Shown here: in pieces, positions 34,811 to 42,204 of the stretch
Numbering within the stretch: the first letter of the stretch is position 1
How the letters are laid out: each line of letters begins with the position of its first letter
From: an uncultured Spirochaetaceae bacterium
Lineage (GTDB): Bacteria; Spirochaetota; Spirochaetia; Sphaerochaetales; Sphaerochaetaceae
Reading direction: 5' to 3'
NCBI GenBank assembly: GCA_947630635.1
Contig: CANRIJ010000001.1
Location: forward strand, 1 to 42,204
Length of the DNA stretch: 42,204 bases
Translations under genes and position numbers: made by a program
The notes under the pieces: generated by a model
Database searches by the model: none
Told to the model about the DNA's origin: nothing
What the model saw: only the letters and a program-made list of their open reading frames with translations

Positions 34811-34937
34811 GAGATAAATATAAGCCATTTAATGGAGTTTTTCTAAATTGCTTTAGGACCTTTAGAGCTCACCCATTTCAAAAGACCAAAACCGACAATA
34901 GATTATTCCAAGTAATTTTTTTATGAGATGAAACTCT

Positions 34938-36254
34938 TTAAAGAGTGAATTTGCTGACTCCTGAAGGAGCTCTAACGAGAAAATCCCTCAATGGCAAGAA
35001 CCATATGCCTTTGTCGTTCTGATAGGCACTCAGCGCAAAGCCTGTTATGAGAATCTTCTCAAATGAGTCTGGTATCATCATGAGAGGAAGGGTTTCACGA
35101 ATCTCTGTGCTCTCTTTGCTGGAATCAAAAACACACTGAACATATGCTTTCCTCAAATAGCTACGAGCTACAAAATCAACCTCTAGCTGCTTCTTTCTAT
35201 TTTTTCCATCTTCAAGGCAATTCTTCTCAATTATCCCAACATCTACTAAATAGCCACGTCTCTTGAGCTCCATATAGACAAGATTCTCCAAAAGATGGGT
35301 TTTCTCTATCTGTCTGAAATAAGTTATGGCATTTCTGATGCCGAGATCCTCAAAATAGTACTTTGATCCGCCCTTTATATAGCTATTGCCCTTAAGATTC
35401 CGGCGATTTGCCTCCTCGATAAGAAATGCATCTGAGAATGCATCAATATAAGACTTTACAGTTTCAGGCGAGACCTTAATTCTGTTATTTACATAGAAAA
35501 TATCAGAGATTCTCTTAAAGTTGGTTATCAATCCAATATTAGATGCAATTACCTTCAGAATACTCCCAACTACAAATTCGCTATTTTGAAGTCTCCATCT
35601 TTCTATTACATCTTTGAGATATGTCTTCTCATAAAGTCCAATCAAATAATTCTCCCTCTCAGCGTCATTCTCTAGTGTATAGACTCTTGGAAGTCCCCCG
35701 TAAGTCAGATATCCAATAAAAGCAGCTTCAAAATTGCCATCATATGCTGTCTCCATAACCTCCTTGAAGGAGAGTGGGTAAACTCTTATCTCATCTCCCC
35801 TATCCCTAGAGCGCGTTTCGACATCATACGATAAAAGCTTAGAATTGCTACCCGTAACGTACAAATCAATATCAGGCTCATCAGTAAAATCTCTTAGGGC
35901 ATCAGCAAATGACAGCTTATCTTCCTTATTGCCAGTAAACGGATTTACGATCTCAGGAATTAGCTGAATCTCATCGATAAATACATATTTCCTGCCATTT
36001 ATTCCGCTAATGCTTTCACGTGTAAATTCACTGAGCTTAAATACATCTCTTAAGCCAGCATTCAGTGCCTTATCAAGTGCAAGCTCTATGATATTCTTCT
36101 TTTCAATTCCTCTTTTTATAAGGTCTTCTTTAAAAAGCTTGAAGAGGATATATGATTTTCCTGAGCGTCGCGGCCCGGTTATTACCTTTACCCTGCCATC
36201 TCCCTCAAGGCTTCTTAGTTTTTCTATATAGTTTTCTCTTTTAAACTCAATCAT
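34938..36254 (-). CDS. AAA-superfamily ATPase of the AAA_14 + DUF4143 type
   Basis: 438 aa. Walker A ITGPRRSGKS, Walker B FIDEIQ, and a C-terminal EVDFV segment typical of the DUF4143 region. Confidence 0.8.
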   Translation of the reverse strand: MIEFKRENYIEKLRSLEGDGRVKVITGPRRSGKSYILFKLFKEDLIKRGIEKKNIIELALDKALNAGLRDVFKLSEFTRESISGINGRKYVFIDEIQLIPEIVNPFTGNKEDKLSFADALRDFTDEPDIDLYVTGSNSKLLSYDVETRSRDRGDEIRVYPLSFKEVMETAYDGNFEAAFIGYLTYGGLPRVYTLENDAERENYLIGLYEKTYLKDVIERWRLQNSEFVVGSILKVIASNIGLITNFKRISDIFYVNNRIKVSPETVKSYIDAFSDAFLIEEANRRNLKGNSYIKGGSKYYFEDLGIRNAITYFRQIEKTHLLENLVYMELKRRGYLVDVGIIEKNCLEDGKNRKKQLEVDFVARSYLRKAYVQCVFDSSKESTEIRETLPLMMIPDSFEKILITGFALSAYQNDKGIWFLPLRDFLVRAPSGVSKFTL

Positions 36255-36255
36255 T

Positions 36256-36296
36256 TGATCTAAATTATTTTCGTATCACGAAAATTTTTCAGATCA
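36256..36296. promoter_or_regulatory. 41-bp inverted repeat abutting the ATPase start codon
   Basis: TGATCT (36256-61) pairs with AGATCA (36291-96). ATTTTCGT (36267-74) pairs with ACGAAAAT (36278-85) around a 3-nt loop. It begins 2 nt from ATG 36254, where an SD would normally sit. Confidence 0.4.
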
Positions 36297-36603
36297 CATC
36301 AATATAAATTACCAATTCTTAATTTGCCCAATTGCACTAAATAAAGTCTTTCTCTCCCTAAAATGCATTCGAAAAAATCCTGATCAAAGATAAGAATCGA
36401 AACGAGAAGAGTAAAATAAAAGATACGTCTCTAAGACTATGAACATATGTAGTCTCTAGCACAACATCAGAAAAACATATCAACTTAGCGATAATGCAAC
36501 TTCCAGTTGACAAATTTCCAACTTCTATTTGGTGGTACGCAACAAAAATAAGCAATATGATTTGCTAAGCATTTGATAAATTGGGAATCTATAAGAGGAA
36601 AAA

Positions 36604-37590
36604 ATGATCTTAGCTGCCAAAATAACAAGCTTAAGAAAGAAGCAGGGTTGGTCACAGGAAGAGCTTGCAGAGAAAATGCAAGTATCAAGGCAGGCAGTTT
36701 CCAAGTGGGAAAGTGCTCAGACCACTCCCGATCTGGAGAAGATTCTAGCTCTCAGCAAGCTCTTTAACGTTACAACAGATTATCTACTCAAAGACGATAT
36801 CGAAGAAGAAGACAAAAAAGACAAAAATGATGACACACCTCTAAATGAGATATCCCCAATGCTCGCACGAAGATTTCTCGATTGGAGAGAGAAGGCATCC
36901 AAACGCATTGCCTTAGCCACATTTTTATGCATTTTCTCTGTAATTCCCCTGCTTTTACTGAGCGCTGCGACAAAATTGCCAATTCACGCCATCTCAGAAT
37001 ACCTTGCCGCAGGAATCGGACTTGCCATTCTGCTTGCTCTAATTGCAGCAGCCGTTGCAATTTTCGTCTCCTGCAATTTCAGAAATACTCCTTTCGAGTT
37101 CATCGACAAAGGGTCATTTAAAATAGAACCCACTCTGAAAAACATGATTATTGAGAAGCAGAAGGCATATAGACCCACCTATTTTAAGATCAACATCATT
37201 GCCCTTATAAGTTGCATTCTCTCTCCAATTCCGCTCTTTATGATCCTGTTAATGCAAGAAGAGTATTTTGCATTGACTATGCTATCAATCACGATACTGC
37301 TTATAGGAGTTGGGGTTTATCTCTTTATTCTTGCCGGCGTCCGCTGGATAAGCATGCAAAAACTCTTGAAAGAAGGAAAATATGCCTTACGTGATCAAGA
37401 GAAGGAGAGCATCAAGAAAACAGTCTCAGCACTATATTGGCTGAGTGCCACGGCTATCTATCTAATCTGGAGCTTCCTGACAAAAAGCTGGGACACCACA
37501 TGGATTCTTTGGCCGATTGCTGGCATATTATTCCCAGCTATAATGCGCCTCTGCAATATCCTTGTAGAGAAAAATAGAAAAGCAAAATAG
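36604..37590 (+). CDS. Membrane-integral XRE-family HTH protein (N-terminal HTH, acidic linker, ~6 TM helices)
   Basis: 328 aa. [56 protein letters not shown] followed by six hydrophobic segments. RBS AGAGGA upstream. Confidence 0.75.
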   Translation: MILAAKITSLRKKQGWSQEELAEKMQVSRQAVSKWESAQTTPDLEKILALSKLFNVTTDYLLKDDIEEEDKKDKNDDTPLNEISPMLARRFLDWREKASKRIALATFLCIFSVIPLLLLSAATKLPIHAISEYLAAGIGLAILLALIAAAVAIFVSCNFRNTPFEFIDKGSFKIEPTLKNMIIEKQKAYRPTYFKINIIALISCILSPIPLFMILLMQEEYFALTMLSITILLIGVGVYLFILAGVRWISMQKLLKEGKYALRDQEKESIKKTVSALYWLSATAIYLIWSFLTKSWDTTWILWPIAGILFPAIMRLCNILVEKNRKAK

Positions 37591-37617
37591 GCATTGACTA
37601 TCTTAATGAAAGCAGAT

Positions 37618-38751
37618 TTATCTCTTTGATAGAGAGGTGACCGTCTCTACATGCCCCGTTCCGGGATAGAAATCAAAGACTCTGATTCTCTCTATTTTGT
37701 AGCCATCCATAAATGAGATATCACGCGCCATGGTAGATGGACTGCAGGATGCATATATAATTCTTTCAGCATTCCATGAAGATAAAAGCCTAGATACCTC
37801 CTCTCCAAGCCCTACACGCGGCGGATCGACTATTACAGTATCGGGTTTTCTTCCGCTCTTTCGTCCCCACTTTGCAACATCCTCTGCAAAGACTATTGCA
37901 GAGGGTGCATTCTTCTGCATATATCTAAGCGCCTCTTTGTCTCTCTCGACAGCAAAGAGAGTCTTGCCCTCACACTCAAACATGCTAGAGAATGTTCCAA
38001 CTCCAGAATAGAGATCCATTATAGCATCGCCGATAGTGTTCTCCTTTATATACTCCATAAGTGAAGGAAGAAGACGCCTGTTGGACTGAAAGAAGAGACG
38101 AGAGCTTGCTATAATCTCTCTACCCAAAAGATCAAAGACGATATTCCCGCCCAAAGAGACATCCTTCCCATTAGAAAGCGCATCAAGCTCAACATATTTT
38201 TTCCCAGTCTTCTTATCGCCCTCAAGGATCTTCTTTCTTGCAGCGTCAAAGAGCCTCTTTTTATCTGAAATAAGAGAATTGAGAGCTTCATCAAGCGCAG
38301 GGCAATACTCTAGCGGCACTAGGCTATTTGAGCCCTCTTCCAAGAAGCCAACACTCTTTGTCTTGATGTCTATATGGAAGCGGCATCGACTTCTATGACC
38401 TACAAACTCTCCATATACAGGTTCATCAAACTCTGGAATGAAGTCTATCCTTCCGATTCTCCTAAGAGCATCTTTTACTATCTCCTCTTTGAGTATGGCT
38501 GAGTTTACCTCATTCACAATCTGGAAATTGCAGCCCCCGCAATGTCCATATAGAGGGCAAATCGGCTCAATTCTAATAGGGCTGTCACGGTAGACTCCCT
38601 TTTGGATTGCGACTCGGGTTCCACCCTTTTTGCCAGTTACCTCAAACTCGACTTCCTCTCCTGGGAGAGCATCTCTTATAAGGAGAACTCCCTCATCATC
38701 ATGTGAGAGTCCATATGCATCACTAACTAGTTTTTCAATTAATACGCTCAC
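37618..38751 (-). CDS. RumA/TrmA-family RNA (uracil-5-)-methyltransferase with Fe-S Cys cluster
   Basis: 377 aa. CPLYGHCGGCNFQ, SAM motif DLYSGVGTFS, VDPPRVG, and catalytic-Cys motif YASCSPSTMARD. Confidence 0.85.
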   Translation of the reverse strand: MSVLIEKLVSDAYGLSHDDEGVLLIRDALPGEEVEFEVTGKKGGTRVAIQKGVYRDSPIRIEPICPLYGHCGGCNFQIVNEVNSAILKEEIVKDALRRIGRIDFIPEFDEPVYGEFVGHRSRCRFHIDIKTKSVGFLEEGSNSLVPLEYCPALDEALNSLISDKKRLFDAARKKILEGDKKTGKKYVELDALSNGKDVSLGGNIVFDLLGREIIASSRLFFQSNRRLLPSLMEYIKENTIGDAIMDLYSGVGTFSSMFECEGKTLFAVERDKEALRYMQKNAPSAIVFAEDVAKWGRKSGRKPDTVIVDPPRVGLGEEVSRLLSSWNAERIIYASCSPSTMARDISFMDGYKIERIRVFDFYPGTGHVETVTSLSKR

Positions 38752-40454
38752 TTCTCGAGCTCCTTGATGTATTTATCGATGACAGAGAGTCCTCTCTTCC
38801 AAAATTCCTTATCCTCAATATTAAGACCTACGCTCTTTGATAGCTCTACCGCATCCATACGCCCTGTCAATGACAGGACTCTTTTATATAGGCTAGGAAA
38901 GTCATCAGATGACTCTCTGAGAGAAAAAAGACCCAGAGCAAAGAGCTCCCCGAATGCATAGGGATAATTGTAGAAAGAGAAGTCCTCTGCGTAATAGTGG
39001 CTTTTAACTGCCCACATGTAGGGGTGCTTCTCTCCCAGCTCATCCCCATATGCTCTCTCCTGAGACCTTACCATAATCTCATTTAGCTCTCCGGGAGTAA
39101 GCTCCCCCTCTGATCTTCTCTCAAAGACCTCCTTCTCAAAGTAGTACCTTGAGAGTATGTCTATGCATACCTGCGATGCAGACTGGATATAGCTTTCTAT
39201 CACTCTGAGCCTCTGATCATCGCTAAGCGTTCCTATTAAGCTCTCAAAGAGCAGATTCTCGCCAAATATCGATGCTGTCTCGGCAAGGGTCATTGGATAT
39301 CTTTGCCATGAGAGCGGAAGCTCAGATACCACAGAGTCGTGATATGCATGTCCCAGCTCATGGGCAAGAGTAAAGAGAGAGTCAAATGAGCCGTCGAAGT
39401 TCAAGAATATCCTGGATTCCCTCTTTAGGGGAAAATACGTATCATAGGCCCCGCCTGATTTTCCCTTTCTCATTTCAGCGTCTATCCAATTATTCTCCCT
39501 TGCCCTCTTTATAAAGTCGCCTGTCTCTTTCGAGAATCCATAGTATGATGCCTCTACAATATCCATTGCCTCATCAAAGGTATATTCTCTTCCGCTCTTT
39601 CCAACTGGAGCAAAGAGATCATAGAAATCGAGTCTCTCAAGTCCTAGAAGCTCTGCTTTTCTATGAAAATAGCGTGAGAACATAGAAATAGACTCCTCAA
39701 GGGCCTCCAAAAGCGCCTCAAAGGACTCTTTTGATATCCTTGAGTCAGAGAGAGACCTATCAAGAGGAGAGGGCCATTTTCTTCTCTTCTCAAGAATAAG
39801 AACCGTTCCCTTTACCCCGTTTAATGCAGAGGAGAGGGCAATCTCATGCTCCTTTAATATCTCAATCTCGCATCTAAATGCATTCTCTCTAACAGACCTA
39901 TCCTCGCTAAAAGCGAGTGCTCTGAGCTCATTTAGAGTCTTTCCGTCCTTCTCAATTGAGGAGGTTATTGAGCTTTGGAGCCTAGACCATGCGCTTGAGG
40001 AGACCTTCAGCATCTCCTTTGCAAGCCTCTCCTCCTCAAGGCTCATCTGGTGCCTCGACTTCTCCATGATCTCTTTCAAGGTCAGTGCGTACTCCTCAAG
40101 ATCTGGAGAGCCAAACTCGCCCTCGCGTCTAGCGACGTTCTCAACAATAATATCTTGGGCGCTTAAATAGTCCATTGCAACGTCCTCGGCTCTAGAAAAT
40201 GCCTTAAGATAAGCGTTATTTGACGTATCTGTTGAGAGAAGTGCCTCGGTATATGCCATTAGATTCGATACATATGCCTCCCCTAGGTCATTAAGGCTTA
40301 GAAGGCGCTTTAGTGAATAATCTGGGTCCTTGCCATTACTCTCAATCTCAGAGACTATGTCATAGAGCCTCTTTATGTCTCTATCAAATTCTACTGAGTC
40401 AACCGAGGGATAGATCCCCTCTAGACTCCACCTTGGAAGCTCTGACTCACTCAT
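38748..40454 (-). CDS. pepF: Oligoendopeptidase F (M3B family)
   Basis: 568 aa with zinc motif HELGHAYH. Size and overall pattern fit M3B. Confidence 0.9.
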   Translation of the reverse strand: MSESELPRWSLEGIYPSVDSVEFDRDIKRLYDIVSEIESNGKDPDYSLKRLLSLNDLGEAYVSNLMAYTEALLSTDTSNNAYLKAFSRAEDVAMDYLSAQDIIVENVARREGEFGSPDLEEYALTLKEIMEKSRHQMSLEEERLAKEMLKVSSSAWSRLQSSITSSIEKDGKTLNELRALAFSEDRSVRENAFRCEIEILKEHEIALSSALNGVKGTVLILEKRRKWPSPLDRSLSDSRISKESFEALLEALEESISMFSRYFHRKAELLGLERLDFYDLFAPVGKSGREYTFDEAMDIVEASYYGFSKETGDFIKRARENNWIDAEMRKGKSGGAYDTYFPLKRESRIFLNFDGSFDSLFTLAHELGHAYHDSVVSELPLSWQRYPMTLAETASIFGENLLFESLIGTLSDDQRLRVIESYIQSASQVCIDILSRYYFEKEVFERRSEGELTPGELNEIMVRSQERAYGDELGEKHPYMWAVKSHYYAEDFSFYNYPYAFGELFALGLFSLRESSDDFPSLYKRVLSLTGRMDAVELSKSVGLNIEDKEFWKRGLSVIDKYIKELEK

Positions 40455-41019
40455 TCTCTCCTCCCAAGACTATCTTATAGTTACCCTTTAAGAGATCATA
40501 ATCTTCACTCTCATGACTTACTGCTATGATTGTTCGACCCCTGTTTTCCCTTAGTATAAACTCAGAGACTCTCCTCTTGGTCTCACCATCAAGCCCAGAA
40601 AAGGGCTCATCAAGAATAAGAGCATCGTAATCAATTAAGAGAGCGCGTATGATGCTGACTCTTCTCTTCATTCCACCAGAGAGATCCTTTATTAGAGTCT
40701 CCTCTTCTCCTTTCAAGCCCAGCTCTGAAAGCATTCTCGATATCTTGACCCTATCACCGGTGACCGCCCTTAAATTTGCCATAACGCTTATATTCTCAAC
40801 AAGCCTATCCTCTTGAAAGAGAATCGATATAAGGCAAAAGGGAGAATCAATTGATCCTTCGTAGTCCCTATCAAGTAGGGATATGATCCTTAAGAGAGTC
40901 GTCTTTCCCACCCCTGAGCGTCCCTCGATGAAAGTAGTCTTCCCCTCATTTATGTCTAAAAAGAGGTCTTTGAGGACCACCTTGTCTCCAAAAGCCTTTA
41001 AAGTAACACACACCTTCAT
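40447..41019 (-). CDS. ABC transporter ATP-binding protein (compact, Ssu/Tau/NitT type)
   Basis: 190 aa. GRSGVGKTTLL, Q-loop FQEDRL, LSGGMKRR, LILDEPFSGLD and H-loop AVSHE. Confidence 0.85.
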   Translation of the reverse strand: MKVCVTLKAFGDKVVLKDLFLDINEGKTTFIEGRSGVGKTTLLRIISLLDRDYEGSIDSPFCLISILFQEDRLVENISVMANLRAVTGDRVKISRMLSELGLKGEEETLIKDLSGGMKRRVSIIRALLIDYDALILDEPFSGLDGETKRRVSEFILRENRGRTIIAVSHESEDYDLLKGNYKIVLGGENE

Positions 41020-41771
41020 CTTGAGAGCCTCCTTTCCAGCATTTTCGTGAGAAATAAAAAGAACTTCTCAAAAAAGACTGCAAGAAGAATAATAACAAGA
41101 GTCCATGCAAAGAGGCTTGGAGTATCGAGGTAGACCTTCGACATATACAGATTCTCGCCAATGGACCCAAATGGAAGGCCTATGACCTCAGCTGCTATTG
41201 CGCTCTTCCACCCTAGACCCAAGGCCGTTTTTATTCCCGATACAAAATAGGGCATTATATATGGGATGTAAATGTATCTGATACGCTTGAAAAACCCTAT
41301 TCTGTAGGCTTTTGCCATCTCCTTGATATCAAGGGGAGTGCTCTTCATTCCCTCAAGGAGATTTGTATACATAACTGGAAAGACAATCAGCGCAGAGATC
41401 GCAATTGAAAGATTTTTGCTTCTGATCCAAACAAGCACCAGAATAATAATTGAGGCAACGGGCGTAGACCTCACTGTGCTGATAACTGGCTCTAGGACTA
41501 TCTCCACACCAGAAGATGAATAGGAAGCCACAGAGAGAACGAGAGACAGAAAGAGCGCAATCAAGAATCCAAGTGCGACTCTGACTACCGAAAACAAAAC
41601 TGAGCGCCAAAATCCCATCTCTCCCATAAGAGAGAAAAGGGTCCTAAGCACCTTAAATGGAGACGGGAGGAAGAGCTCCTCCCCAATCAAAAGCGATACT
41701 AAATACCAGGCAAAAAGCCAGGCAATAGCAGATAGAAATACAAAGAGACTACGGCGTGTAATAGAGCGCAT
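41016..41771 (-). CDS. ABC transporter permease (binding-protein-dependent, SsuC/TauC-like)
   Basis: 251 aa, about 6 TM helices. An EAA-like loop sits around KEMAKAYRIGFFKRIRYIYIP. It overlaps the ATPase gene by 4 nt. Confidence 0.85.
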   Translation of the reverse strand: MRSITRRSLFVFLSAIAWLFAWYLVSLLIGEELFLPSPFKVLRTLFSLMGEMGFWRSVLFSVVRVALGFLIALFLSLVLSVASYSSSGVEIVLEPVISTVRSTPVASIIILVLVWIRSKNLSIAISALIVFPVMYTNLLEGMKSTPLDIKEMAKAYRIGFFKRIRYIYIPYIMPYFVSGIKTALGLGWKSAIAAEVIGLPFGSIGENLYMSKVYLDTPSLFAWTLVIILLAVFFEKFFLFLTKMLERRLSR

Positions 41772-42204
41772 CTGTTGGAACGCTCCCTCCTACGCTATTT
41801 TCGTTAAAGCTGTAGAGTATATTGAAGTACTCATCCAATGCTCTAACCATCTCCTTGCCTCTAATAAGGACAATATTGCATAGAGAAATAGCGCCAAGGG
41901 CAACATTCTCTGCTATTATTCCATATTTGCCGATGAGAGACGCAGCACCCTCAATATCACTATTAACGTAGTCAACGGACTTCTTGTACTCTTTTAGAAA
42001 ATTCTCAACTAGAGTCGGATTCTCCTCAATAAAATCAGAACTGGCAACAACAACTCCTGTAATAAGTGGGGATGAGGTGAGCTCTTCCCATTCATCATTT
42101 AGGTCCACTGCAATTGCTATATCAGAATTCTGCATCATGGCGCTTGTTGCAAATGGCTGGGGAAGCATGCTTACCGCAGAGCCATCTCCACCCGTCTTTA
42201 CAAG
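41749..42204 (-). CDS. ABC transporter substrate-binding protein, NMT1/SsuA-like, C-terminal part (5' end off-window)
   Basis: The reading frame stays open from 42168 up to the window edge (...LVKTGGDGSAVSMLPQPF...). It is operonic with the permease and ATPase. The family call rests mainly on context. Confidence 0.6.
   Translation of the reverse strand, partial: LVKTGGDGSAVSMLPQPFATSAMMQNSDIAIAVDLNDEWEELTSSPLITGVVVASSDFIEENPTLVENFLKEYKKSVDYVNSDIEGAASLIGKYGIIAENVALGAISLCNIVLIRGKEMVRALDEYFNILYSFNENSVGGSVPTDALYYTP

Noticed and set aside
36358-36767. Small ORFs 36358..36555-, 36485..36688- and 36573..36767+ in or near the ATPase/HTH intergenic region
   Set aside because: They have no RBS, hydrophobic or low-complexity products, and mutual overlaps. 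The last one overlaps the well-supported HTH gene out of frame.
1-42204. Window-wide look for tRNA, rRNA, CRISPR arrays, IS elements/terminal inverted repeats, reverse transcriptases, toxin-antitoxin pairs or known defence genes
   Set aside because: None recognised by eye. The intergenic gaps are too short or lack cloverleaf or repeat-spacer structure. This negative result should be confirmed with tRNAscan-SE, Infernal/Rfam, CRISPR finders, ISfinder and DefenseFinder/PADLOC.

Overview
The window splits into two compartments. (A) 1 to ~1986 is GC-rich (35-37 G+C in two hand-counted 60-mers) and uses CGG/CTG/AAG codons. It is the end of an integrative mobile element. It holds the first 294 codons of a tyrosine integrase on the minus strand, which runs off the left edge and is missing from the ORF track because it has no in-window stop. 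It also holds an excisionase-type HTH gene, a back-to-back promoter/operator switch, a divergent XRE regulator and a strong bidirectional terminator. (B) 1987-42204 has lower GC (24-30 G+C in four hand-counted 60-mers) and uses AGA/AGG, ATA and CTC/CTT codons. It is roughly 95 percent coding, uses Shine-Dalgarno sites, and is almost entirely housekeeping. In order: guaA, a dedicated ECF transporter (S, T, fused A1A2), plsC, an ABC exporter, a DEAD-box helicase, a class-IV aminotransferase, ftsK, rsmG, mnmG and mnmE (12 co-directional, mostly overlapping genes). Then epmA-efp-(GPH/MFS transporter)-epmB, an M20 peptidase, a membrane hypothetical, coaE, polA, a PhnP-like MBL hydrolase, a small membrane protein, glutamine-dependent nadE, a GH2 beta-mannosidase-like protein, a YitT-family protein, an SRAP (YedK/HMCES-like) protein, an AAA ATPase (DUF4143 type), an HTH-6TM regulator, a RumA-type methyltransferase, pepF, and an NMT1/Ssu-type ABC importer that is partial at the right edge. 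By eye I found no rRNA, tRNA, CRISPR array, IS element or recognisable defence system. I do not see a convincing novel multi-gene system. The best leads are: the foreign element/guaA junction (1-1998); a small accessory islet at 34.1-37.6 kb (SRAP with a Cys-Cys-Cys N-terminus, AAA ATPase with a palindrome abutting its start codon, HTH-6TM protein); a GH2 protein that appears to lack its nucleophile Glu; and a split EF-P beta-lysylation cluster. Several ORF-track N-termini are TTG or upstream-ATG extensions, and I give corrected starts for them. I cannot assign the host taxon by eye.
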